56,195 bases of DNA from a virus (lineage: Duplodnaviria; Caudoviricetes): the IMG/VR virus record IMGVR_UViG_3300030060_000209, positions 1 through 56,195 of that record; one strand, 5' to 3'. Below are positions 20,377-29,370 of this stretch, one piece after another. The notes beneath the pieces are model-generated. The model had not been told where the DNA came from. It ran no database searches and worked only from the letters and a program-made list of their open reading frames with translations. A program made the position numbers and the translations under genes. Position 1 is the stretch's first letter, and each line of letters starts with the position of its first letter.

Positions 20377-20657
20377 ACAGGGGTGAGATAAAATTAAAGA
20401 TATTGTTTGAGGATGATGTATGCGTTGAAGCGACATACTTCATGTTGTTCAATGATCCTAATGACAGAGACGAATTGCAAACTGCGATTACAAACATGTT
20501 GTACAAATTTATTGAGGGCAAAGAAGAAACTTTTGAGGGTGCGGTGGCAGAAGTCGATGTTCAGGATGTAGAGGATGTTTATGTCTGCACATACGGACCG
20601 TTGTCAAAGGAGGTTATAGAATGGATACGGGAGGAGGAGTACGAGACTCTTCATTAA
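20373..20657 (+). CDS. Acidic hypothetical protein
   Basis: 94-aa ORF, ATGA overlap. Confidence 0.6.
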   Translation: MNRGEIKLKILFEDDVCVEATYFMLFNDPNDRDELQTAITNMLYKFIEGKEETFEGAVAEVDVQDVEDVYVCTYGPLSKEVIEWIREEEYETLH

Positions 20658-20863
20658 AACAAGTAGGAGAATTGTTCGGGAATATTGGCTGGGAAAAACG
20701 ATTATGTGATTTAAATGAGGAAGAGGTGTTAGCTATAACACTAATCCTAAAACGAATATCAGAAGGGCTTGATGATGAATACTCTAGCACAGACCTTACA
20801 GAAATTTACTTCCGATACGGAGGCGGCAGAATCGGCCTCACAGACTCGGACATCCCTTTCTGA
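20621..20863 (+). CDS. Hypothetical protein
   Basis: 80 aa ending DSDIPF; SD GGAGG upstream. Confidence 0.55.
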   Translation: MDTGGGVRDSSLKQVGELFGNIGWEKRLCDLNEEEVLAITLILKRISEGLDDEYSSTDLTEIYFRYGGGRIGLTDSDIPF

Positions 20864-21575
20864 TGCAGAAAATATAATTAAAGAGCTTGATCGGGCGATT
20901 GTAGAAAAAGAACGCAAGCAACCAAAGCGCAGGTATCTTGGTGCCTCAAGCCTTGGTGATCCCTGCTCACGAAAGCTCCAGTACCGTTACATGAACCAAG
21001 AAGTTGATGAAGGTAAAGGGTTTCCTGCGAAGACATTACGCATATTTGGACTCGGGCATACCATCGAAGATATGATGATTATGTACTTCCGTGACGCTGG
21101 CTTTGACCTGCGGACAGAGAAAAAAGGCGAACAATTTGGTTTTGAGACTGCTGGCGGCGAAGTCAGAGGTCATATTGATGGGGTCATATGTGGTGGTCCG
21201 CTGCACCTTTCATACCCTATGTTGTGGGAATGTAAGTCAGCATCTGAAAAGAAGTTTAATGAATTTGTTCGTAAAGGTGTAGCCGAAGCCAACCCGGTGT
21301 ACGCAGCGCAGGTTGCACTGTATCAAGCCTACATGGATCTTACTGAAAATCCTTGTGTATTCACGGTGTTAAACAAAAACACAAGCGAGATATACATTGA
21401 AATGGTTCCGTTCAACAGTGAGCTTGCACAAGCCACCAGTGACAAAGCAGTACAAATCCTGAAAGCTACAGAAGCTAACGACATGCTGCCGCGTGTCGCA
21501 CAAAATGATGATTATTTTGTTTGTAAGTGGTGCGAGTTCCGCAACACTTGCTGGCAAAAAGAAGGGGCGGTATGA
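20772..21575 (+). CDS. Cas4-like PD-(D/E)XK exonuclease
   Basis: RYLGASSLGDPC, GHIDG, WECKS, QVALYQ, CKWCEFRNTC (1+3 Cys); start uncertain. Confidence 0.85.
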   Translation: MMNTLAQTLQKFTSDTEAAESASQTRTSLSDAENIIKELDRAIVEKERKQPKRRYLGASSLGDPCSRKLQYRYMNQEVDEGKGFPAKTLRIFGLGHTIEDMMIMYFRDAGFDLRTEKKGEQFGFETAGGEVRGHIDGVICGGPLHLSYPMLWECKSASEKKFNEFVRKGVAEANPVYAAQVALYQAYMDLTENPCVFTVLNKNTSEIYIEMVPFNSELAQATSDKAVQILKATEANDMLPRVAQNDDYFVCKWCEFRNTCWQKEGAV

Positions 21576-21583
21576 GCCGCCCC
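21563..21583 (+). terminator. GC hairpin over exonuclease stop codon
   Basis: GGGGCGG-TATGAG-CCGCCCC; no U-tract, so role uncertain. Confidence 0.3.
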
Positions 21584-21618
21584 TAGTTGGAAAACAATAC
21601 TTAACGAGGATCAATATA

Positions 21619-23781
21619 ATGAGTGTGGTAAGGTTTGGCAATACTATATCTAGTAGTAATGACATAGTTGAGGAGATTTCCCGTAAAGTCCCCAAAAGCG
21701 AACAAATTAGGATTTTGCAGGATACGTTTCCTGCCGGGCGTGTTCACGGCAAAACATTTTATATCGGTTCATTGCTTGGTGATCCGGGGCAATCGTTAAA
21801 AATAAACATTGATACTGCCTCGCAGCACTTCATGCAGGGTCAGGATTTCAACGGCGGTGTTGGCATCGGGGGCATTGTAAAGATTTTAATGGAAGCTCGT
21901 GGCATGAAGTTTCCAGAAATAAAAGAGATGTTTGCCAGTTACCTCGACAGCACTGGTCCTGAAATTGTTCGGGATAATGCGCCGATAGAAAATCCTATTA
22001 GGCCGCAGTACAACGCTAATTCACCGTATGATGCAGAATATGTGTACACCAATGCTGATGGTGAGGTGCTTGTCACAGTCCGTAGATACAATGTAAAGGA
22101 TATTGCTGGCAATCCCATGTTGAATACCAAGGGCAAGCCAAAGAAAGAGTTTAGGCCGTTTGTCGAAGGCTCACCATATTCCAAGTTCCCAGATATACGC
22201 CCGTTGTATAACATTCCGAATGTATTAGCATCTGATCGTGTTATATGGGTTGAGGGCGAAAAGTGTGCTGATGCTCTAAACCATGCTGGATACACAGCTA
22301 CCTGTACAATTGGTGGGGCTGGTGCGCTAACAAAGAAGACTGCTCCTCAGTTTGACTTTTCTCCATTACAGAACAAAGAGCTTATTTTGTGGCCTGATAA
22401 TGATCCTGCTGGCAAAAAACTAGCTGATCTCATACAGGACTTTGCTTTGGCTGCTGGCGCTAGGTCGGTCACAATGCTTACGCCGCCAATGGGTAAACCC
22501 GAAGGTTGGGATGCTTCAGATGCTTTATCTGAGGGCTATAACATTGAAGAATTTGTTAACACTAAAGCAAAGATAACCAAAACAAATATTAACCTTCTTG
22601 ATGATTCTTTTCTTGTCAGTCGGTTTGCCGGGGCTGCACCCGAACAAAAGTTCTTGATTGATGGCACGTTTCCGCTCGGAGTTCCTATTCTTTTTGCTGC
22701 GGCAGGTGATGCTGGTAAGGGCATGATGACACTGGATATGGGCATGAAGGTGGCATCTGGAAAGCCAATGACAAACACGTTTGGCGGTCTGGTCAAGGAG
22801 TTCGGAAACGTGGTTATCTTTACTGCTGAAGATGATGAAGCTGAGATGCACAGGCGCGTTGAGCGGCTTGATCCGTTTGAAGAGCGGCGTGGTTATCCGC
22901 ATGATTTAAAGATTGTGTCGCTTCCAAATGTGGGCGGTGTGTTTGCAATTATGAACGAGTCCAACGGCGAGTTCAGCACAACAGCAGAGTTTGAAAAGAT
23001 ATACGAACAAATCTTACAGATGAGTAATTTGAAATTGATCGTGTTTGATCCGCTGGCATCATTTGTTCATGCAGATGTCAACGCTGATCCTGCGGCTGGT
23101 GCTGCTTTAACAGGTCTGCTGGCTCGTATGGCAACAGAAACAGGTGCATCTGTATTGGTTTGCCACCATATGACCAAGATCAAAGACGATGCAGTTGTTA
23201 AAACACCAGAACAAGCTCGTAACCTGATCAGGGGTACAACGGCTTTGGTTGATGGTGTCAGGTCTTCATTCGCCATGTGGCAGGTCGATACGGCTCGTGG
23301 CAAAAAGACATGTGAGCGGTTGGGTTTGCCATATCAACGCAACAGTTGTTTTGATGGTGCTGTAGTCAAGTCTAACGGGCCAGCCAGTAGAAATGTTCGG
23401 CATTTTGTCCGGGATCCAATGACTGGGCTGCTAAATGATCGCACTGAAGAAATTAAATCACTAAGCAGTGGCACGATGCTTGAGATGAAACTAGATGCCA
23501 TGTTTGATTGGATCATCCATTGTGAGCGCGAAGGTGTGGCTCTAACTCATATGAGTGGCAACAACGGGGTTCATAAGCGGTCAGAAGATGCTGATGCTCC
23601 TGAGATACTGCAAGGCATCGGGAAGCAGACGTTAGAGGGATATGTTCGGACATTGCAGCAGGATGGTCGGATTGATAAGTTTCAGTTGACCGCAACAGGC
23701 GGCAGGGTATGGCTAGGAGCAGTTGATGGTCCTATGAGTCGGGGTGAATATGAAGCTGTTACAGCGAGGGATAACGTATAA
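21619..23781 (+). CDS. Primase (TOPRIM)-helicase (AAA_25/RepA-like) fusion
   Basis: VEGEKCADAL, WPDNDPAG, GWDASD; AAGDAGKG Walker A, IVFDPL, VCHHMTK, IRGTTALVDGVR; SD GAGGA. Confidence 0.9.
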   Translation: MSVVRFGNTISSSNDIVEEISRKVPKSEQIRILQDTFPAGRVHGKTFYIGSLLGDPGQSLKINIDTASQHFMQGQDFNGGVGIGGIVKILMEARGMKFPEIKEMFASYLDSTGPEIVRDNAPIENPIRPQYNANSPYDAEYVYTNADGEVLVTVRRYNVKDIAGNPMLNTKGKPKKEFRPFVEGSPYSKFPDIRPLYNIPNVLASDRVIWVEGEKCADALNHAGYTATCTIGGAGALTKKTAPQFDFSPLQNKELILWPDNDPAGKKLADLIQDFALAAGARSVTMLTPPMGKPEGWDASDALSEGYNIEEFVNTKAKITKTNINLLDDSFLVSRFAGAAPEQKFLIDGTFPLGVPILFAAAGDAGKGMMTLDMGMKVASGKPMTNTFGGLVKEFGNVVIFTAEDDEAEMHRRVERLDPFEERRGYPHDLKIVSLPNVGGVFAIMNESNGEFSTTAEFEKIYEQILQMSNLKLIVFDPLASFVHADVNADPAAGAALTGLLARMATETGASVLVCHHMTKIKDDAVVKTPEQARNLIRGTTALVDGVRSSFAMWQVDTARGKKTCERLGLPYQRNSCFDGAVVKSNGPASRNVRHFVRDPMTGLLNDRTEEIKSLSSGTMLEMKLDAMFDWIIHCEREGVALTHMSGNNGVHKRSEDADAPEILQGIGKQTLEGYVRTLQQDGRIDKFQLTATGGRVWLGAVDGPMSRGEYEAVTARDNV

Positions 23782-24563
23782 TGATCATATCTTGGTGGTC
23801 GGCTGGCGTTACCAGTGCGGTGGCAACAAAGCTGGCGATAGATAAACATGGTAAGGAAAACGTACTGCCAATCTATTTTCATATAGACACGGCGCACGAT
23901 GATAATGAGAGATTTATTCGGGAATGCGAAGAGTGGTATGATCGGGACATTATGGTGACCAAATCGCATAAGCACAACAATCAGTTTGAGGTCATTACTA
24001 AGGATAAATATGTTAATGGCCCCGGAGGTGCGCGGTGTACTCTTGTGTTGAAAAAACGAGTCCGGCAGCGGCTGGAGAAAGAAATGAGTTATGACGCACA
24101 AGTGTTCGGGTTTGAGTATTCCAAAAAGGAGGTCAATCGCGCTATTCGATTTAAGGAACAATATCCAGATGCCAAGCCCATCTTCCCGCTAATTGAAAAG
24201 AAACTAACCAAGCCAGAGTGTTTGTTCTACCTTGAACAAGCTGGCATTAAACGTCCTACAATGTACACGTTGGGTTATGGCAACAATAACTGCATTGGAT
24301 GTGTAAAAGGCGGTAAAGGATACTGGAATAAAATACGAAAAGATTTTCCCGAACAATTTGATCGTATGGCTGCGGCAGAACGTGAAGTGGGTAACTCCTG
24401 TATTCGCGGAGTTTATCTGGACGAGTTGCATCCAAGAGAGGGTGTTGAGCAAAAATTTGTCATGGCTGATTGTGGTAACTTTTGTGATATTGAATTTACA
24501 GAAATTATGCACAAAGACATTGATTTAATTATGCGTGAACCAGAACAATTAAGTTTATTTTGA
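23781..24563 (+). CDS. PAPS-reductase-like / PP-loop adenine nucleotide alpha-hydrolase
   Basis: WSAGVTSAVA PP-loop variant, CTLVLK, GYGNNNCIGCVKGGKGYW, C-terminal CGNFC. Confidence 0.75.
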   Translation: MIISWWSAGVTSAVATKLAIDKHGKENVLPIYFHIDTAHDDNERFIRECEEWYDRDIMVTKSHKHNNQFEVITKDKYVNGPGGARCTLVLKKRVRQRLEKEMSYDAQVFGFEYSKKEVNRAIRFKEQYPDAKPIFPLIEKKLTKPECLFYLEQAGIKRPTMYTLGYGNNNCIGCVKGGKGYWNKIRKDFPEQFDRMAAAEREVGNSCIRGVYLDELHPREGVEQKFVMADCGNFCDIEFTEIMHKDIDLIMREPEQLSLF

Positions 24564-24573
24564 GGGGCATAAG

Positions 24574-24840
24574 ATGAAAAGGGCTGAAGTGCTGGACACA
24601 GCGAAGAAGTATGTAACGAAGGACAGAGCAGCAGACCACGGGGCGATGGAGGATAATTTCCGAACAATTGCTCGTTACTGGTCAATTCACCTGGGAACGA
24701 ATGTTACTCCAGGTGATGTGGGTGTAATGATGAGTCTGCTCAAAATTGCTCGTATTAAAAGCAACGTGAGTCACGAAGATAACTATGTTGATGGATGTGG
24801 TTATCTTGCATGCGCGGCGGAATGTGAAAAAAATACTTAG
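24574..24840 (+). CDS. DUF6378-like protein
   Basis: DRAADHG...NF..IARYWS..LLKIAR....HEDNYVDGCGY. Confidence 0.75.
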   Translation: MKRAEVLDTAKKYVTKDRAADHGAMEDNFRTIARYWSIHLGTNVTPGDVGVMMSLLKIARIKSNVSHEDNYVDGCGYLACAAECEKNT

Positions 24841-24848
24841 TTTTTTTG

Positions 24849-24877
24849 TTGACAAGTATGCAATCACTTCTTATATC
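24849..24877 (+). promoter_or_regulatory. sigma70-type promoter
   Basis: TTGACA-N17-TATATC preceded by A/T tract. Confidence 0.6.
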
Positions 24878-24907
24878 TGTTATCAGCGACTATCAATGGA
24901 GGTTTAT

Positions 24908-25096
24908 ATGCAAAGATCAACAAATTATCTGGAGGCACAGGCGTTGCTCAATCAAACGATCAACGCTGTGCATGGATTGGTGACAAGCGATGCTACTGAA
25001 GCTGAAGTTGAGTTGTTGCTTGGCGCGGCAGGTGGATTGCAGGAAGCGCAGTCAATGTTAATTAAAGCTAGGTTGAGGGTGGAAAACGATGGCTGA
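24908..25096 (+). CDS. Hypothetical protein (62 aa)
   Basis: SD GGAGG before ATG 24908. Confidence 0.6.
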   Translation: MQRSTNYLEAQALLNQTINAVHGLVTSDATEAEVELLLGAAGGLQEAQSMLIKARLRVENDG

Positions 25097-26267
25097 GACA
25101 AATACATGGAATGGCGTTGAGCGTATGGCTGATGACATGAAAAAGCGCAAATTGGGCGTTGAGGAAGACGGTCCTGTTTTAGCGAACATGGTGCAAGCGG
25201 CTTTGGCTGAACCAAAGAAGGGTTTTGCTATGTATACTGGCGGCAGTGTCGCTGAAGCTATGAGACGCAATATGCAAGCTGATATGGCAACGATGCAAAA
25301 ATTTATGGTGGACAATACGCTTCTGGACGAGATTGTTAAAGCGTCTTTTGTTAAGCCACAAACATTGCTTGCAATGTTGCATAGGGCTATGCCGTGCTTT
25401 GATAGCATGTGGGTAGAGTGGGATGAACATGCACGTTTGGAATCAAGAAAAAAGGCGCATGATAAATATACCCCAGATATGTATATCCAGTTTAATGATA
25501 GGTTTATTGATGGTTCACGAGTTGGGTATCACATCCGCAAAGTAAACGACAAAATCATTTACGCTAAATATCAAATAACAACACAAAACGGTGTGGAGCA
25601 AATTGGAGCCTATCCATTAGGTTTTTCGATTTCTAATAGTGACAGAATGTTCTCTGATCAAAATGAGATGCTTGCGTCAAATTATAATCAAGTAACTTCT
25701 GATATTATTTTCGCGCCTTGGTATTACGCAAAGCATAGTAAAGATCCTGTTCAAAGAGAGTATTTGGACGATATTATGTTTAAATGTGGCATCGTTCAAA
25801 CAGCGGCTATGCACTGGTCTATACCTGCACAAAAGTTCAAAATGGGCTGGGAAAAAGATGAAATGTCTGAATTAGTCAGGCGTAACTTTTTGCCCGGTCA
25901 TGGTGATGAGCAAGGTTTTGGAATGGGCGATGTCAGGTTTTTAATCGCGCTACTTAGTACGCTTAATTACGATCAGGTTATTCATCTAAGCACAACACCG
26001 CCAAAGAAAATTGATCATATGCGTTTTGGTCGTGTGGTGCCGAAGAACGAATACAAGCTGGTGACAATTCAGTTGCCCAAGCCTCGTGGTGTAAAGATCT
26101 ATGAACAGATGTTTACAGGTCATGGAACGCCTAAGAGAGAGCATTGGGTAAGAGGACACCATAGACGTATCAGAGGGCGTAGTGAGCCAACGTGGATACC
26201 GCCTCACATAAGAGGCAATCCAGAGTTGGGCACTATCGTTCATGATTATAAGTTAGAAGCTAAATAA
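25089..26267 (+). CDS. Phage hypothetical protein
   Basis: 392 aa; C-terminal REHWVRGHHRR..WIPPHIRG His-rich motif common in phage proteins. Confidence 0.7.
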   Translation: MAETNTWNGVERMADDMKKRKLGVEEDGPVLANMVQAALAEPKKGFAMYTGGSVAEAMRRNMQADMATMQKFMVDNTLLDEIVKASFVKPQTLLAMLHRAMPCFDSMWVEWDEHARLESRKKAHDKYTPDMYIQFNDRFIDGSRVGYHIRKVNDKIIYAKYQITTQNGVEQIGAYPLGFSISNSDRMFSDQNEMLASNYNQVTSDIIFAPWYYAKHSKDPVQREYLDDIMFKCGIVQTAAMHWSIPAQKFKMGWEKDEMSELVRRNFLPGHGDEQGFGMGDVRFLIALLSTLNYDQVIHLSTTPPKKIDHMRFGRVVPKNEYKLVTIQLPKPRGVKIYEQMFTGHGTPKREHWVRGHHRRIRGRSEPTWIPPHIRGNPELGTIVHDYKLEAK

Positions 26268-26285
26268 GGGCAAAAGGAGGGATCA

Positions 26286-26960
26286 ATGCCATATTACGCA
26301 TTAGTGAATGAACGTCACGCAACGATGGGACTGGAGAGCGTTGAAGAGGTCAAAAAATTTGTGGCGATGGGTTTGAAAAATCGCCATTGGCCTCAAGGCG
26401 ACTCTGGTTCTGATGGAACGTGGGACATGGTGGAGATTTATGACATGGAGGTAAAGCCTAATGGTAGGCATGATCTTGTGACAAAATATTTTCACAAAGA
26501 TGGTAAAATAGATGAGGCTGATAAATCAACTTCACTGATCCATACCCATACAAAGGATGACATAAACAAAATGTTGGGATTGAGTAATGTGCATGATCGT
26601 ATGCAAAATCCAGACAAATTGTTCGTGGATATTACGATGATCGTAGATCCAACGACTTTTTCAGATGATGGCTCGTTTGCCATGAATTTTGAAAAAAACT
26701 ACCTTGATGACAATGGCAGCGAAGACGCTGAAGAAAAAACAATATCACGCATTCTGGATCACAGGATGTTTGATATTATCATTGATGTTGTCAGTAAGGA
26801 CTTTGTTGATAATCACCTTGATGGCAAAAATATTCTGAAAATAGAATATGGTGTAAAGGGTAAGTCATTCATTGATGAGGATACATACGTTAAAGGATGG
26901 ATCTACAACAAGCAGGGCAAGCTTATTGAACAACATGGATACCCTAGAAAGGGGTTTTAA
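26286..26960 (+). CDS. Hypothetical protein
   Basis: 224 aa, SD AGGAGG. Confidence 0.7.
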   Translation: MPYYALVNERHATMGLESVEEVKKFVAMGLKNRHWPQGDSGSDGTWDMVEIYDMEVKPNGRHDLVTKYFHKDGKIDEADKSTSLIHTHTKDDINKMLGLSNVHDRMQNPDKLFVDITMIVDPTTFSDDGSFAMNFEKNYLDDNGSEDAEEKTISRILDHRMFDIIIDVVSKDFVDNHLDGKNILKIEYGVKGKSFIDEDTYVKGWIYNKQGKLIEQHGYPRKGF

Positions 26961-27182
26961 ATGACTAATTACGCAAGACATGGAGATGATGAATTTTGGC
27001 AAGAATATTATGGTCAATTGGTAGGAGGAAAAATACTACAGTTCTGGATGAATGATGACGGTTATCCAAGTTTTGAAATAGCACATCCAAGATATGGATT
27101 GTTGACCATTGAGGTTAGTCGTGACCCAGAAGGCAATGATCCGGGGTTTCTGTTTATTAACGATCAAAAGGATGGCGAGTGA
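26961..27182 (+). CDS. Hypothetical protein
   Basis: 73 aa, VSRDPEGNDPGFL motif. Confidence 0.65.
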   Translation: MTNYARHGDDEFWQEYYGQLVGGKILQFWMNDDGYPSFEIAHPRYGLLTIEVSRDPEGNDPGFLFINDQKDGE

Positions 27183-27358
27183 TGGGATTTAAAACAGGAA
27201 ATTATGTTACTGGCGCAGGATTTGTTCTTGTGTTGCTGATGTCAGCAGTCGAGCCTATGCCGCACAGCTTTGAATTGTTCTGGTTACATGTCGGAACGCT
27301 AATGATCGGAGCGGTGTTAATGGTGTCTGGTACATATCTTACATGGAAAGGAAAATAG
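27182..27358 (+). CDS. Small two-TM membrane protein (58 aa; absent from ORF track)
   Basis: TGATG coupling; MGFKTGNYVTGAGFVLVLLMSAVEPMPHSFELFWLHVGTLMIGAVLMVSGTYLTWKGK fills the gap exactly. Confidence 0.65.
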   Translation: MGFKTGNYVTGAGFVLVLLMSAVEPMPHSFELFWLHVGTLMIGAVLMVSGTYLTWKGK

Positions 27359-27359
27359 G

Positions 27360-27575
27360 ATGAAGGTGCCTACAGTAGAAGAAATCAAGGATGCTCTTAG
27401 ATTGGTGAGTGACAATCCATCGTATAAGCAAAAGATCAGTCGTGATAAAGCCAAAGAACAGGGATTAAAAACATTCTTTACTGGTAATGCCTGTGTACAT
27501 GGACATGTTTCAGATCGTCTGGTTTCAAACGGCAATTGCGTAGATTGTTATTATGTAAATGGGGGGTGTTCTTGA
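27360..27575 (+). CDS. Small Cys/His Zn-binding protein
   Basis: FFTGNACVHGHVSDRLVSNGNCVDC. Confidence 0.65.
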   Translation: MKVPTVEEIKDALRLVSDNPSYKQKISRDKAKEQGLKTFFTGNACVHGHVSDRLVSNGNCVDCYYVNGGCS

Positions 27576-27822
27576 TACGTTCTTGTTTGGGTTTAGAAGT
27601 TTAGAAACCCAAAGTTGGTACCCCAAAGTTCATAAAGTTGTTATGTATCAATGGGTTAAGAGGTTTTGGTTTGGGTTTGCAATGATAGCACAAACAAAGC
27701 AAAATAGGGGTGTTAAGTCATTGAAAAGGCTCAAAGTTTAAGGTTTGGGTTTTTCTCCCTATTACATAGGGGTATAGGTATAAACAAACCTATACCCTGT
27801 AACGTGTGGTTGCTGCACCAGT
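27576..27822. other. Repeat-rich non-coding region, candidate replication origin
   Basis: Repeated GGTTT/GGGTTT and AAAGTT motifs, TTTGGGTTT..AAACCCAAA inverted repeat, hairpin GGGTATAGGT-N8-ACCTATACCC. Confidence 0.4.
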
Positions 27823-27856
27823 AACCAGAAGAATTGTTCTACTTAGGAGGGGCGTA

Positions 27857-28384
27857 ATGCCGAATGTCGGAGAAGATCTACCAAAGGAACAGCGGTTAGC
27901 TGGACACAAAAGATTAACACCACAACAGCAACAGTTTCTGGATATGTATCTGCACAAGGATATGACACAGACTGAAGCGGCTCGTCAGGCAGGGTACAAA
28001 AACCCCACAGTGCAAGCTGTAAGGCTACTGCGTAATCCAGTTGTAGCGGAACGCCTACAGGAGATGAGACTGGAGACACAGGCTCGTTTCGGGGTAACAA
28101 TCGACAAATCTATTCGGGATCTAAAAAAGATCAGAGACCAGGCTTGGGAGATGGGTAAATTTAGCGATGCGTTAAGGGCAGAGGAACTGCGGCTGAAGGC
28201 TGCGGGACTACTTATCAACAAGCAGCACGTTGTCAAAGAGGAGATCACAGCGAACACAAAGCAGGATATTGCGAACAAATTGGCTGAGTACAAGCGTTTA
28301 GCTGAGTCGCGGATGAGGAACGTAACACCAGATATGGACATAATAGAACATGAGCCACAAGATATAGTCAAAGATAGCGTATAG
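27857..28384 (+). CDS. terS: Terminase small subunit
   Basis: LTPQQQQFLDMY...TEAARQAGY....QAVRLLRNP HTH, ALRAEELRLKAAGL; SD AGGAGG before ATG 27857. Confidence 0.85.
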   Translation: MPNVGEDLPKEQRLAGHKRLTPQQQQFLDMYLHKDMTQTEAARQAGYKNPTVQAVRLLRNPVVAERLQEMRLETQARFGVTIDKSIRDLKKIRDQAWEMGKFSDALRAEELRLKAAGLLINKQHVVKEEITANTKQDIANKLAEYKRLAESRMRNVTPDMDIIEHEPQDIVKDSV

Positions 28385-28466
28385 CCCAGATATTCCCATA
28401 AAACACCCCGCGCGGGGGGAGGGAACGGCGACCATCGGGCTTTCCGGGCCTGTACCAGTAGAATTG

Positions 28467-28563
28467 TTCGGGTTCGGGGTCTTCGGGGTCTTCGGGCTGC
28501 TGCTCGGGGCATCGGGATCGGGGTTTGATCGGGATCGGGCTTGACATCGGGGCTGAATCGGGG
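28467..28563 (+). repeat. TCGGG(G) tandem-like repeat tract
   Basis: About 11 TCGGG units in 97 bp. Confidence 0.9.
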
Positions 28564-28570
28564 TCATCCT
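28541..28570 (+). promoter_or_regulatory. Candidate promoter for short RNA
   Basis: (C)TTGACA-N18-CATCCT. Confidence 0.4.
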
Positions 28571-28575
28571 GTCCT

Positions 28576-28628
28576 CTCCTCCCTTAGAAGAAACTCCTCG
28601 GTGGCCCCGTGCTGCCGGGGTTTTTTCT
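28576..28628 (+). ncRNA. Candidate ~50-nt sRNA with anti-Shine-Dalgarno motifs
   Basis: Between candidate promoter and terminator, no ORF; contains CTCCTCCC and ACTCCTC. Confidence 0.35.
28604..28628 (+). terminator. Rho-independent terminator
   Basis: GCCCCG-TGCTGC-CGGGGT followed by T tract. Confidence 0.7.
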
Positions 28629-28823
28629 TCGGAACCCGTACAATTGTTCGGGATCGGGGTACTGGTCCCTGGCGACTCCCCCTAGATCTAGTTGAACGCC
28701 TGGCGAATCCCCCAGGCGCAGCCTCCCAGTAACCAGTACAATTGTTCGTATTGTTTTCTCCGTCCCAGTTGTCAGCGGTTTTGTACCAAATGATACTTTT
28801 TTTATTTTTTTGTTCTTTTTATG

Positions 28824-28857
28824 CTTGACCCTGGTCGCAATGATTGCTATATATAAT
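28824..28857 (+). promoter_or_regulatory. Strong host-type early promoter
   Basis: CTTGAC-N17-CTATAT (alphaproteobacterial sigma70 consensus) with upstream T-rich tract. Confidence 0.8.
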
Positions 28858-28969
28858 AAGTAAGCCAAAAGTATAATGCCGTTAGGTGATTATAATCGTG
28901 GCTAGGCCAGTGAGATGGGTTAATGGGTTATCCCGCTCACTGGCTGCACTTAAACAGGAGGGTTGCACA

Positions 28970-29146
28970 ATGACATACGATGAATACGTCAAAACTTATG
29001 AAGCAATGCTTTCCATCTATCTTGATGGTTACAAACCAACCAACATACCATCCGAAGTTAAGGCGTTGGCTGCAGCGGCTGATAAGTTAGTTGATTTTGA
29101 AGAGACTCACCCAGCGCATGCTGCAAAATATGAGGCGCAATTCTAA
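28970..29146 (+). CDS. Small early hypothetical protein (58 aa)
   Basis: SD CAGGAGG before ATG 28970; flanked by promoter and terminator. Confidence 0.7.
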   Translation: MTYDEYVKTYEAMLSIYLDGYKPTNIPSEVKALAAAADKLVDFEETHPAHAAKYEAQF

Positions 29147-29182
29147 ACACGACTAGAGGGGAGAAACATTTTCATTACCTGA

Positions 29183-29208
29183 CCCGGCGAGAGCCGGGTA
29201 TTTTTTTG
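29183..29208 (+). terminator. Rho-independent terminator
   Basis: ACCCGGC-GAGA-GCCGGGT-ATTTTTTT (GNRA loop). Confidence 0.85.
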
Positions 29209-29315
29209 TCCCAGCGGCTGCGTCCCGGCGCTAACCAGTACAATTGTTCTGGTTGTTCCCCGGCGCTGCTGACTGGCACCCGTTGAAAAAAAATTCTTTT
29301 TTTCTTTCTTTTCCT

Positions 29316-29348
29316 GTTGACAGTGTGTGCAATGATTGCTATATATAA
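29316..29348 (+). promoter_or_regulatory. Strong host-type early promoter
   Basis: GTTGAC-N17-CTATAT; shares GCAATGATTGCTATATATAA with the 28824 promoter. Confidence 0.8.
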
Positions 29349-29370
29349 GTACAGAAGGAGGGCAAAAGCC

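Noticed and set aside
27559-27741. 60-aa ORF in the putative origin
   Set aside because: No SD, and its composition is dictated by the DNA repeats
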